A program made the position numbers and the translations under genes. A stretch of DNA of 59,171 bases from Octopus bimaculoides (lineage: Eukaryota), in NCBI RefSeq assembly GCF_001194135.2, contig NC_069001.1:38191251-38250421 (forward strand), in the 5' to 3' direction. The notes below the pieces were generated by a model, which saw only the letters and a program-made list of their open reading frames with translations, was not told the origin of the DNA and did not search any database. Below, piece by piece: positions 1-13,307 of the stretch. Each line of letters begins with the position of its first letter. The first letter of the stretch is position 1.

Positions 1-56
1 GGTCGAAATTATAAACCCATCTATCTAAACACCTTCATTTATTTGCTTACCTGTCA

Positions 57-107
<51 letters not shown>

Positions 108-938
108 CCCCTTCTGTCTGTCTGTCCCTGTCTGTCTGTCTCTCTCTCTCTATCAATCTATCTATCCCCCTCTGTCAGTCTGCCTGTCTGTCTCTCTCTT
201 TCTATCTATCTATCTACCTTGTCTTTTATTTTTAATACCATAATAATTCAGAGAATTCCTCATTCTTGAGATTATCTTCTCTTCTTATTCGAAATCAGTC
301 GCAATAGCCGCCAGGCGTTTAATTACCTTCTCAGGAATCGACGGCACTTTCAATAAATCATCTCTTTATCTTGTATGCTTGGTATCAGCAATACCATTCT
401 TCGTCTTTTATTGTACGCTTTCAAAATACTGGCTTCTCTCTTTTATTTCTCTTATCATAAAATTTTGTTCTATAAAACACACACACACACACACACACAG
501 CCTACCATAAAACATAAAGGTGTTTTTGTATACGTACTCGATGACCTACTCAACTGCAGAGACAGCCAAATAAAACTCAGAGTATAATAAAACTCAGAGT
601 ATAATACGTGTCTTCCTCGCAATTTCCTTTTCGATGTACAAGAATACACATGGAATTCTAAATATTGGTTGTCGTACAATTTAATTCTTAACGGCACTAT
701 ATAATACTACACCCACAGACTCACGCAAATCTGTATGTACCATAGTAAAGTTTGGTAACGTACGACAAGGTTCTATTCCTCGTTATTTAACCGAGGGCGA
801 AGTTGTACAGTTGTCATGCAATTTATCACTCATAACTGGATTTCATATAAATACATACATACATACACAACAAGAATAACAACACACACACACATATGTA
901 CACATGTATGTTTATATGCTTTCTAAATATTTATTCAA

Positions 939-968
939 TTTCTCTTTCTTTCTCTTTTTTAGGTAAGT
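939..968 (+). promoter_or_regulatory. Candidate recursive splice site (polypyrimidine tract-AG|GTAAGT)
   Basis: 22 uninterrupted pyrimidines (939-960), AG (961-962), then the consensus donor GTAAGT (963-968). Confidence 0.4.
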
Positions 969-1044
969 TTAATAATCTCACAAGTAGATTTCCATGACAA
1001 TTACAGGTGAGGTAAACTTGTTTTGTTTTCTAAATCTCTTTCAG

Positions 1045-1083
1045 GTGCACAATAGTTCTACTTCACCAGAGTTAAACCCAGAG
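1045..1083 (+). other. Candidate 39-nt micro-exon or cryptic exon
   Basis: Acceptor TTTTGTTTTCTAAATCTCTTTCAG and donor AG|GTGAGG; open only in phase 0 (VHNSSTSPELNPE). Confidence 0.3.
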
Positions 1084-1371
1084 GTGAGGACTCTTCTCTG
1101 GGGGGAATATGATTGCTTGCCTCAGATAACGTTCAATATAAGCTGCTGTTGATTCTGAGCAGTCGCTGAGTTTAATGTTACATTGAGCACAAGAAGTCGT
1201 TAGCGAGTAAAAAGGTTGTGGCTGAATGTAAACTCTGGTGGTTGAATATAGAGCAACGCTTGAGTGCTTCTCATTCCCTCCCTTCCTCCACTTATTTAAT
1301 CTATCTATCTATCTTTCTATCTATTTATCCACCCATCTTTCTATCTATTTATCTTTCTATCCACCCATATT

Positions 1372-1463
<92 letters not shown>

Positions 1464-1912
1464 CACCTGTTTATCTACCTATCTATCCCACTCTCTTCCA
1501 ACTTTCTATCTTATTCTAGCGATCCCCCCACCGGCTACGAATACAACAAAAACAGCAACCTACCCCCGACCCCCTAAAATCCCCACCATACCAAGTCACA
1601 TCTAAAATACTCTTAATGACGGACCGAGATCCAATATTCTTTCACATTATATTCCATTATATTCCATTCCTCTTCATATATCCCAATTAAGTTCGGTTCT
1701 CTTCCTTGAAATTAACCAATTATCTGAAAGTTTGCAGCAAGACGTTCTGGTTGCCCAAGGAAACCGTACTAAAGGAAGTTCCACGTCCTAATCATACCAT
1801 TTTATGTCGCCATTCTTCGATTTGAAATAGAGAAAAAAATTATCAAGTCGTTCACACGAAACCAAATTCTCACACATTCACAATTAACTTCATAACTGTT
1901 ATAGCTAGACTA

Positions 1913-1988
<76 letters not shown>

Positions 1989-2141
1989 CAGCACTGTCTC
2001 TGTCTTTCTTTCTTTCTCTCTCTCTGTCTCTGTTTCTGTCTCCCTCTTTCCCGGTGGGTTTCATTCACACTCTTTCTCTTGCTTTTTTCTACCTCTGCCC
2101 ATCACTCTCTCTCTCTCTGTCTATCTATTTGTCTGTCAATG

Positions 2142-2192
<51 letters not shown>

Positions 2193-2353
2193 CTGCGCGT
2201 GTATGTGCGCGCGCGCAGGCGTACATATGCGCGCTTTGTATGCAGGTGAGTGTATATCGGTATATATACTTACATAACCATACACACACGCATATACAAA
2301 TGGAGAGAGTGAGAAAAGGATAGTTATCTCTCTCTCTCACTCTCTCTGTATAT

Positions 2354-2392
<39 letters not shown>

Positions 2393-2868
2393 AAGGTTTT
2401 CCACACGTTTTTATATGTGTATATATGTACATTCTTATACCTTCGGGTGTTGTGTGCGGAACACACTAGTATTTTAACATGTATCCATTTATGTTCAACT
2501 GTGTAAATATATGGGGATGATATAAAGTTGTTTGCCCAATTCTGAGATTCTTTCTGTCGAGGGCTTATATTCCTCAACATTAGACTATTTTCTGCAGTCA
2601 ATAATACACGGTGTAAACTTAGAGCTACATTTACGAAATACGCAAAATATGTACATGTTGACACACTTACCAATATGAAAATCATAGTTCTTTTATTTTA
2701 GCTGCACAATAGGGATATGTATATTGGTGTAATCGGTAGCACACTTATCGGGGAAAATAAGTGTTATGGTTTCGGTTCCTACCCATCTTTTTCCGTCGTG
2801 GGTTTATATGCACCAATATTACACTATTTTGTATGGACAAAATATTTACACACATATGTGTGTGTGTA

Positions 2869-2955
2869 TGACGAGCTTCTTTCAGTTTCCGCCTATCAAT
2901 TTCACCGGGAAGTCATTGGTCGGTCCAGGGCTATAGTAGAAAATACTTGCCTCTA
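2869..2955 (-). mobile_element. SINE family B head fragment
   Basis: GACGAGCTTCTTTCAGTTTCCG...GGTCGG...GCTATAGTAGAA is the reverse complement of the 42174 copy. Confidence 0.75.
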
Positions 2956-3954
2956 TGTTAAATATACATTGATTGGGAGGAGAAGCACTGAGCTTCATTC
3001 ATAGAAGGTGGTGGGGGTAGCGGCGACAGGTTGGGCGAAATTCGTATGTATGTGGGTGAGAGCGGCGGCGGGGTGGAATTTAATGTGTGTATAATTGTAA
3101 AGATAATTCTAACGGTTTAGAAATTTATGAAACGAAAACCATTATCACGGATTTTGCCATTAATTTGATATACTACTGTATTTATGGCGGTTTTGATTTA
3201 ATAACTGTATCGTCCTAACACACACACACACACACACACATCTGTCATATTAGTGTCGATAATAAATTAGCACCAAAATATACACATAAACACACGTGCA
3301 TGCATGCATACATAAACACGCGTGCATACATAAACGCACGCGCACACACATACATACATATATATATACGCACATACGTATAAACACATACACATATACA
3401 CGCACACATACACACGCACACACTCATACACACACATATATATCCCCACACACACACGTGCATATACAAATATACACATACACATATACACACACGCGCC
3501 GCACACACATAGGCATACACAAACACACCTATACACACAAATATATGTATACACACACACACACATATATATATACACACACATACACATATATATATAT
3601 ACATACACATATGCACGTATACATACACATACGTTCACATATGCGCACGTACACACGAACACACACTCGTTATCATCTTGTTTGAGACAATTCTATAAAA
3701 CATGTTTTTTTGTTTTCCTTCAGACTCCCACCTTTTATCATCTCCAAGAAAAGACTTCATAAATTCTTATGAACGTCGACAACATATAATTCTCGCTGGA
3801 GAGAATAAAACTTCTCAAATGTGTAAATCAATTCGGAGGATTACCTTGGTCTGCTGGTAGCACGTCTGTCACGTTTACCAAAGATTTGGGTTCGAGTCAT
3901 AAGGATGGTTTTGTTTTTTTTAATTTGCGTCGTATTATTTATCGATTTATGAAG

Positions 3955-4152
3955 ACGGCAGAAACGTTAGCTTAGCGATATTTCGTTTGTCTTTACGTTC
4001 AGAGTTCAAATTCCGCCGTGGTGGATTTTGCCTTTCATCGTTTCGGGGTCGATAAATTAAGTTCCAGTCACGTACTGGGGTCGATGTAATAGACTGGCCC
4101 CCTTCCCCCAAAAGAACTGCGTGCCTTGTGCCTAGAGTAGAAAAGATTATTT
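3955..4152 (+). mobile_element. tRNA-derived SINE, family A
   Basis: Head GGCAGAAACGTTAGC, B-box GAGTTCAAATTCC and central TTTGCCTTTCATC...GGGGTCGATAAATTAAGT; the same sequence recurs more than 10 times in the window. Confidence 0.85.
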
Positions 4153-4211
4153 ATAGCATTATCCGCTTCAAGTTTCACCGTACTAAACAAAGAATCATTT
4201 CGCGAATTTTC

Positions 4212-4353
4212 AAGAAGTTAGCTTCCCAACCACCTAACCACATTGTTACAGGTTCATCTCCACTGCATGGCACCTTCTATTGTAGCCTCGGGCCGACTAA
4301 AGTCTTCTGGGTGGATTTGGCTGACGGAAACTTCAAGAAGCCCGTCGTTATAT

Positions 4354-4450
<97 letters not shown>

Positions 4451-4605
4451 CACATACATAAACACACACAGATATATATATACTTGTGAGTGTATGCATG
4501 TGTGTGTCTTTGTGTGTGTGTTTACGTCCTCGTAACATCGGCAAAAGAAGCAATAGGACAAGTGCCCAGATTAAAAGGAAGTACTGGGTTCGATTCGTTG
4601 AAATA
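4212..4605 (+). mobile_element. SINE family B (CORE-like head, internal CA/TA microsatellite, tail)
   Basis: Head 4212-4348 matches 42174-42330 and 54545-54666; tail 4514-4605 matches 16993-17165 and 45190-45385. Confidence 0.75.
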
Positions 4606-5233
4606 AATATACAGGTCACCTGCTGGGTCCTTGCTCGTTGTTTAACCCCAGGTCAGCAGGAGTGCTGATCCAGGCCGAAATAACAATAACATAATAACGA
4701 GGCGAAGAACGAGCTAGAAACAAGTTACGATTGGCATACATACATATATATATATATACGCACACATACACAAACAAATACATATATAATCATAAACACG
4801 TACATATACACCTATGCATGTACGTACAGATGTATACACATACATTCATTCACACACATACATACATATATATATATTTATATGTATATATATATTTATA
4901 TATGTATATATATTTATATGTATACACACACGCACATATATATTATGAGAGAAAATGCTTATAAAAGAGTGAAACAACAGGATAAGACGATAGTTTCTCG
5001 TATTTTTTTTTAATTAATCGATATTAATCAATAATATTTTCCAATAAACAGGAAATTACTGTATTTGAACTCAGTATTTCACAATATCGAAGTGTTGTTC
5101 TGCCTGAGGCTAATAAGGATCGATACAGTTCTGATAATTATTGGTTTGACGGTGGCGGTGGTGGGGGGCAGAGAGAACAGTAGCAACTGTCAGGCTGAGA
5201 CATGACAAGCTATGGCGCATATATATATATATA

Positions 5234-5353
<120 letters not shown>

Positions 5354-5439
5354 TGATGTAGAATGCAACAATAGAGATGTGTGATATGAGTTTTATTTTA
5401 GTAGGGAGCATACGACAGACAGGGGTCACACCCTTGAAG

Positions 5440-5638
5440 GATTTTCTTTCTACTATTGGCACAAAGCCCGAAGTTCTTTTATGAGTGTCGGTTGTTGATT
5501 ACGTGGATCCCAGGGTTCCAAGAAGTTGAAAGGTAAAATGAATCTCGCCAGAATGTGAACTCAGAACATACAGCCAGAAAAAATACTGCTATGTATTTTG
5601 TCCAGCATGCTAACGATTCTACCAAGCGAGCTGCCTTC
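5440..5638 (-). mobile_element. SINE family A, diverged
   Basis: Reverse complement of the head (CTAACGATTCTACCAAGCGAGCTGCC) and the B-box region (GTGAACTCAGAAC). Confidence 0.65.
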
Positions 5639-5989
5639 GATTCATACATTATTGATTCTAAAACCTCAGATTTGGAACGGAATTTCACAGAAATATTTGA
5701 TTTTTTAACGGGATGATATTTCTGCTAAACTCAGTTAACAAAACGAAACCCCAATTGCTAGAAGGAACCTGTTTCTTTGATCCAATATAGCTCAAATTAA
5801 AGTTAAATAATCTAAATCATTTCGTTTTAACTTCTTTATGGTTTGGTAACGATTTTACTCTACCCATAAGCCTAAAATACACTTTTAATTACATGTGCAT
5901 AATCACAATAACAGAAAACTTGATGCTAACCTCATTTGAGCAATGTTGTTGGAATATATCCCAAATTATGGAAAACGGTGTGGAGTTTT

Positions 5990-6700
5990 ACGGCAACGTT
6001 GATGAGAATCAAGGCTGGATAGTTTATGGCGATCTCTTTATTCAAAGCCTGTTTTCATTTTTCTATTTTTTGGATATCGATTTATTGGGTTCTTCGATGA
6101 TGATAATTCTTTGTTATGATAAAAACCACAGCAGGTAACAGTTCTCAAGACTAAACTCTGTAAATGTACGCAAAAAGATGCTGTTCTTTGGATCTGTGGA
6201 CATGAAAGAGCTGAGAAACCTGAGACTCTGCTGATCTTATCAACTTTCCCGCTGATGCGTGCATCGCGGTTGAGATTGTTGTAAGACTGTTCATGCATAA
6301 ATCTCTGATATTCATTTTCCAGAGTGGACCAGTTCCTTTCTCATTTTCGTTCATCAGCACAACATCTTGTTTTGTTCATTGACTTACTCGATGTAGGTCG
6401 GGTTTATTCGGTCACCTCCGTTTATGGCATTCTGGAGATTAGAGTCATCTGCAAAAATATGTTATTTTACTGTGTTTGATGCTAGTTATGATGTAATTTA
6501 TAGAAATAATAAAGAGAAGTGGACGCATCAGAGTTCCCAGGGGAACACCACAAATGATATTTGTTGCGCTGCAGTAGACTCCGTCAATCACAACATGATA
6601 AAATATTCTTCCTAAGAAACAGTCAATCCACGGCAAGGATTTTCCACATAAAGATGTGATTGACTCTGAGATATTCCGAGATGCGCAACAGTTTTTTTTT
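5990..6700 (-). mobile_element. Decayed CR1/L2-like LINE reverse transcriptase fragment
   Basis: Minus-strand frames give LCGKSLPWIDCFLGRIFYHVVIDGVYCSATNIICGVPLGTLMRPLLFIISIN...KITYF/ADDSNL (resembles GVPQGSVLGPLLF and FADD) and later NNLNRDARISGKVDK...LENCYLLW. Frameshifts and stops are present. Confidence 0.75.
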
Positions 6701-7383
6701 TATACAGACAGGGAGTTATCTTCCCTGTTGGACATTGTAAGCAGTCTCGTAGAATGCATGGAGAGGAGTCTCTGCTGTGAGGCTCACTGGGGTACGGCAC
6801 AGCTCAAACATTACTACACTATGTTCAGTGGACTATCCCTTCGTCTACGGACAATTTTACCTGGATAGCAGTCTAATTGGTCATTACTTTTTGACGTGAA
6901 TCCGCTGCGACCAGCTAAAAAGGCATTCATGATAATAAGGTGTATAACATGTGTGTTATGACGCCGTCTTCCTCTGAAAGTATAATAAACGCTATTAAAT
7001 TAGTATAAAAGTTATGTTAATCAGTCTCCGACACATCGACCGCCATATTGATTGCGTTTTAGGAGGTCGTTGCTGTTCAGGAAGTCAATTATTTTTGGTC
7101 TCACCAACCTTTGAAATCTTTAATGATCTGAAAAATTAGCGTGAGATCGGACAGTAATTTATGGAAAGTGATTTATTATTGGCATAATGACCCTCCCAAG
7201 ATACAACGAAAGATTTATTTCTCTTTTTGTAAACTGGGATGACAGACTGGAATAGAATATAATCAGATTTAGAAACTACATGCAGGAATTTCATCCAGAG
7301 ATTAGCGAAAAAAGATGTAAGCTGGTATCGGTATCTCTTGATGACACTAGCAGGGATCCTGATGGGGCCAACTCCTTAATTTC

Positions 7384-7414
<31 letters not shown>

Positions 7415-8302
7415 GTTATTATTATTATTGTAAGTATTCAGGTTACTGCTTGGAATCGAAATCGGATCTTGGGGTTAGCAGCCCGCGCTCTTTATCATTA
7501 CGCCATATGCCCATGGTCATATGAAGGAGGCTGGTGCCTGTAATACCGTTAAAACGTCCTTGACCTCACTGCCACACTATACAACACTATATGACACAGT
7601 CTACTGACCACAGTACGACAGCACAATCCTACAGTCTAACAGTACCTCATTATAAAACGTTATCTACCTGTAGCACAGTCCACAATCCGCCGTTTATGAA
7701 ACTACATTCCATCACTCGGTACCACACGGTACCACTCGGTACCACACGGTACTAAAGCGTGCAACGCCACAGCACTACTGCACAAGAGTTCACACTCACA
7801 GATAAAGGAGAGTGATGTATGTTGTAATGGAGTTCTACTCACAGTCAGCGAGCGGTTGAAGTTGTATTTCAAGTGAAGACGTTGTAAACGGGTTGGAGGG
7901 AATCGATTGGTTGGTTTGTTGTTGGTTACAACCTGGCGATTGTGCATTGGAGGACCTTACACTGCACAACGCACAGCGTATACATACACACATACGGGCG
8001 CGCATACAAACACTCACACACACACACACGCACACACATCTATAGGTGTATATAGAAATATTAATATTTGTTGTAGGAGTATAGAGTGTGGTCGAGACAG
8101 GATAATTAAATTATATGAAGGTCACTGTTTATATATTTATGGAATGAATTGTTGGGTGGGAAACTTGTCAGTATTGTTGGGACATACATAGATACACACA
8201 CACACACATATATACACATATATATAAACTCGCTTAGATGTACGCGTACATGTCTGTGCGTGTGTGCCTATATATGTATATATACATACATACATATATA
8301 TG

Positions 8303-8335
<33 letters not shown>

Positions 8336-8761
8336 NNNNNNNNNNNNNNNNNNNNNNNNNNNNNNNNNNNNNNNNNNNNNNNNNNNNNNNNNNNNNNNNN
8401 NNNNNNNNNNNNNNNNNNNNNNNNNNNNNNNNNNNNNNNNNNNNNNNNNNNNNNNNNNNNNNNNNNNNNNNNNNNNNNNNNNNNNNNNNNNNNNNNNNNN
8501 NNNNNNNNNNNNNNNNNNNNNNNNNNNNNNNNNNNNNNNNNNNNNNNNNNNNNNNNNNNNNNNNNNNNNNNNNNNNNNNNNNNNNNNNNNNNNNNNNNNN
8601 NNNNNNNNNNNNNNNNNNNNNNNNNNNNNNNNNNNNNNNNNNNNNNNNNNNNNNNNNNNNNNNNNNNNNNNNNNNNNNNNNNNNNNNNNNNNNNNNNNNN
8701 NNNNNNNNNNNNNNNNNNNNNNNNNNNNNNNNNNNNNNNNNNNNNNNNNNNNNNNNNNNNN

Positions 8762-8793
<32 letters not shown>

Positions 8794-9028
8794 CATATGC
8801 ATATACATATATACATATGCATATACATATATATGTATATATGTAATTATGTACGAATCTGTGTACACCTGTGTGTATGTATGTATGTATGTATATATAT
8901 ATACATGTATATATACATTACATATATATATAAACATATACATACGTATATATACATATATACATATATAAATGAGTGTGTGTGCATGCGTGTGTCTCTA
9001 TTTACATATGTATACACTATATATACAT

Positions 9029-9086
<58 letters not shown>

Positions 9087-9525
9087 ACATACATATATAT
9101 GTGTATACATACGTATATATACATACAAGTATATATATACTTATATATTATCTAAATATATACATACACACAGATGGTTATATGCACACACATACACACA
9201 CATACACACACATGTACATAATGTTAGAGTATGCGAATGCGTGTGTTAAAATCGCGAATAATGAAAACCATCATTTTACTCCATGACATTTTATTACATA
9301 AATAATCTATCAGCGCCCTCTATATAATTTGATTATCAATTTATACAATTCCTTGTGACTAATCAATATTTGAAAATTATCTCTATACTCACTAACCCTA
9401 GACATATACTCATTAAATCTACATAGTATACTAACTAATCAAAATATTTGTAATCATAGCTACACTCCGAGTTCACAAATATATTATAGACGTCTGTACT
9501 GAATTAATAGAGTAACAGCTAGAAT

Positions 9526-9572
9526 TGGTATCGCTGATGAGAGCTAATGAAGTAGAAACATGTCCGAGATTG
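9526..9572 (+). ncRNA. Partly decayed type I minimal hammerhead motif
   Basis: TGGTATCG-CTGATGA-GAGCTAATGAAGTA-GAAA-CATG-TC-CGAGATTG. Core is intact, stem III is the palindrome ACATGT, and the triplet is GUC. Stem I pairs at 7 of 8 positions including wobbles; stem II is damaged. Confidence 0.55.
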
Positions 9573-10728
9573 TCGTCCACGGATAAAGATTGGGCACTCT
9601 TGCCTCGACGTTCATATATTTGATTAATCTTTTGAGTAGTTATAATTTCGATGTTGTTTTATTATTCATTTACTGAGCAAAATTAGGAAATTGATTAGCC
9701 AACAATAATTATTATCATTCGTAAAGGATACTGTAAATTCTTGACTTTTCTGCGCAGAGATATTTTGCTGCGATCTCTTTAACAGTAAGTTTTAGTCGCA
9801 ATACATACATATATACATACATAAAAATCTGCACATAGATACATACATACATTCATACAAACATACCCTGTTGTTGATGTTGAAATTCCAATAAAGGAGC
9901 TTTGGATCTAGGTGAGAAACCGGTTCTTTCTCTACTGGCAAGAAATCTTAAAATAAACTGAATAATGACATGCATACGTATGCCCTGATGCAATACCAGG
10001 CACAGGCTCTCATGGTTGTCGATCTTAACTTATTGGAAGAGCTATCATGCACATGTTTTGTCATGATAGGCTACAGCAAATATTCTGCTCAATACCACAG
10101 ATTTGCTTGTCAGTTGTTTGATCTTAGCCAATTGAGCATGTTCCTTGGAGGCTGACATATGTGTATCTCTGATCACGAGCAGGAGTAGTCGGGGAGCATC
10201 ATAGTCATGTGTTTTGGAGGGAATTCTTTGGGGTTCGAATAATTCACCTCTGGTTGCTTTGTTCAACATCTTTAAACAACCTTTATTCAGGGACCTTTTG
10301 AGCGGAATATGGCTAATCGACCTGAAAAAAATTCTAACTGGGCTCCACCTGCAAGGTCATGCGCTGTTTATCTTGATATGAGGTCACCATGTCGCGCACA
10401 CATGGTTGAGATGCATGTGACTGGTGTACCCTAATCAGACGGGTAACCATGATGGGTATGCTGGGCTTCGTATACTTTGCCCCAGTAACACTTTGATGGC
10501 ATGCACTGCTTTCTCACTCATATATACATGCGTTTGTATGTATGTGTGTGTATATATATATATATATGTATATGTATGTATATGCATGTATATATATGCA
10601 AGGACACAACACACAGCCTCATTCGGGAATCGGACTCACTACCTTATGCATAGAATGAGAAGGTGATCAGTGACAATGATGAGACCTTCCAGGGGCACAA
10701 AATGAGGATTAATAAAGAAAATGCCGTC

Positions 10729-10940
10729 AATGGGAAAGACAAGATCCTACGCGGAGAGTTTTGCCAGTAAACATCAGATGAAGCCGATGAAGAATCTTGG
10801 GGATGGGTAAGACATGGATTTTTAAAGAAGGAGACCTAAGGACTGATCCTTGTTGCTCAGGAACAAGCTTTACGAACCAACTCAATCAAGTGCAGAATTG
10901 ATAAGACAGCAGAATCACTTTTGTGTAGATTATGTGGGCG
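10729..10940 (+). mobile_element. R4/Dong-like (RLE-type) non-LTR retrotransposon fragment
   Basis: GKDKILRGEFCQ*TSDEADEESWGWVRHGFLKKET*GLILVAQEQALRTNSIKCRIDKTAESLLCRLCG resembles the KxLHGQF...SWxWL...LKKETEG...AQDQALRTN...CRLCG segment preceding the CCHC knuckle; two in-frame stops. Confidence 0.8.
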
Positions 10941-10947
10941 AAATATT

Positions 10948-10996
10948 GCTAAGCATTTCGTTCAGCGCACCAACGATTCTGCCAGCTCGCCGCCTT
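10948..10996 (-). mobile_element. SINE family A, 5' head only
   Basis: AACGATTCTGCCAGCTCGCCGCCTT is the reverse complement of the consensus head; it directly abuts the Dong-like fragment. Confidence 0.75.
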
Positions 10997-10997
10997 G

Positions 10998-11084
<87 letters not shown>

Positions 11085-11119
11085 TATAGAGATAGATAAA
11101 CAGATAGAAATAGATATAG

Positions 11120-11150
<31 letters not shown>

Positions 11151-12257
11151 CATGTGTATAAATACAGGCGATAATATTTAATTTGAAATATTAGAAACTT
11201 CCTGAATAAATACAGTTTATTATTGATTTCCATTTTCTGTAAATCTATAGATCATTGTCTCACCTTAGGCCAGGTTAGGATTGCTGATATATAGCTTTAT
11301 ATATTTGCAAATGTATACATACATACATACACGAATATGCTTGTATTTATGCGAGTATGTATGCATACATACATGCTTACATAACGCATGCATACCTACA
11401 TATATATACATTCACACATTCTCGCATATACATACGTACCCACTGAAAATCTGTTTGTGTGTTTATCTATCTATTTACCTGTTTGTCTGTCTGTCTGTCT
11501 GTCTGTCTCTCTGTCTCTCTGTATGTATGCATACCTCTATTATCTATCCCTTTATGTGTGTGTGTATGTATGTATGTTTATATGTAATGTATGTATGTAT
11601 GTAAATATAGGAATAAGGAAAAATGGCGAAAGGCATGTTTGTAGAATGGAGATCAATGAGTAAGCGGTGGTAATCAACAAAAGCCATGGCAAATTTGAAG
11701 ACCAAGATATAGAGTAATAAAGAACAAGCGATAGGGGCACCGCGTTGGCAGATTTAATAAGTAAAATATAAACAGCGTGAAAGGGGTAGAAATAAAATGG
11801 AGTTTGCGTGACAAACTGTAAACAGGTCAGACTTGGGAGAGGGAGAAATTGATACACTTATGGAAATATGTATTTTAAAAACACATTTAAATACGAACAT
11901 ACATACATACATATATATATAAATTAAAAACGTAAAAATAAAAACAAAACAATGGATTCCGCGGTACACGTGTTTCAAGCTTTATAGTCGTTGCATCATT
12001 ATTGGTATATAATTGATAGTATAAAGCTATCTTCAGCCGCAAATGTATTCTTTCCCAAGTATTATATCACAAAGAAGAAAGTAAAAGAGGGAGAAACATG
12101 AGTATTTATATATTTCAAACAATGAGTAGAGATGGCTTTTTGAGGAATAATTATTTTGGGAATAATGTTTACAGTAACTCACTGTAAACATTACTATTAA
12201 AATAAAAATTTTCCTCAAAAAGGTCATCTCTACTCATTTTTTCACACACACACACAC

Positions 12258-12300
<43 letters not shown>

Positions 12301-12309
12301 CATGCATAC

Positions 12310-12340
<31 letters not shown>

Positions 12341-13266
12341 CTTACATACATATATATATATACATGTATATATCCATATATATATATATATACATATATA
12401 TACATTCATTTACAAAATATGTATTGTATATACATTCATACATACATGNNNNNNNNNNNNNNNNNNNNNNNNNNNNNNNNNNNNNNNNNNNNNNNNNNNN
12501 NNNNNNNNNNNNNNNNNNNNNNNNNNNNNNNNNNNNNNNNNNNNNNNNNNNNNNNNNNNNNNNNNNNNNNNNNNNNNNNNNNNNNNNNNNNNNNNNNNNN
12601 NNNNNNNNNNNNNNNNNNNNNNNNNNNNNNNNNNNNNNNNNNNNNNNNNNNNNNNNNNNNNNNNNNNNNNNNNNNNNNNNNNNNNNNNNNNNNNNNNNNN
12701 NNNNNNNNNNNNNNNNNNNNNNNNNNNNNNNNNNNNNNNNNNNNNNNNNNNNNNNNNNNNNNNNNNNNNNNNNNNNNNNNNNNNNNNNNNNNNNNNNNNN
12801 NNNNNNNNNNNNNNNNNNNNNNNNNNNNNNNNNNNNNNNNNNNNNNNNNNNNNNNNNNNNNNNNNNNNNNNNNNNNNNNNNNNNNNNNNNNNNNNNNNNN
12901 NNNNNNNNNNNNNNNNNNNNNNNNNNNNNNNNNNNNNNNNNNNNNNNNNNNNNNNNNNNNNNNNNNNNNNNNNNNNNNNNNNNNNNNNNNNNNNNNNNNN
13001 NNNNNNNNNNNNNNNNNNNNNNNNNNNNNNNNNNNNNNNNNNNNNNNNNNNNNNNNNNNNNNNNNNNNNNNNNNNNNNNNNNNNNNNNNNNNNNNNNNNN
13101 NNNNNNNNNNNNNNNNNNNNNNNNNNNNNNNNNNNNNNNNNNNNNNNNNNNNNNNNNNNNNNNNNNNNNNNNNNNNNNNNNNNNNNNNNNNNNNNNNNNN
13201 NNNNNNNNNNNNNNNNNNNNNNNNNNNNNNNNNNNNNNNNNNNNNNNNNNNNNNNNNNNNNNNNNN

Positions 13267-13307
<41 letters not shown>

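Noticed and set aside
2230-2251. CAG|GTGAGT as another recursive splice site
   Set aside because: No real polypyrimidine tract; it is embedded in a TG/TA microsatellite.
9870-10520. Complex sequence that resembles common octopus interspersed repeats
   Set aside because: Recognised only from memory, with no second copy or protein motif in the window, so I cannot classify it.
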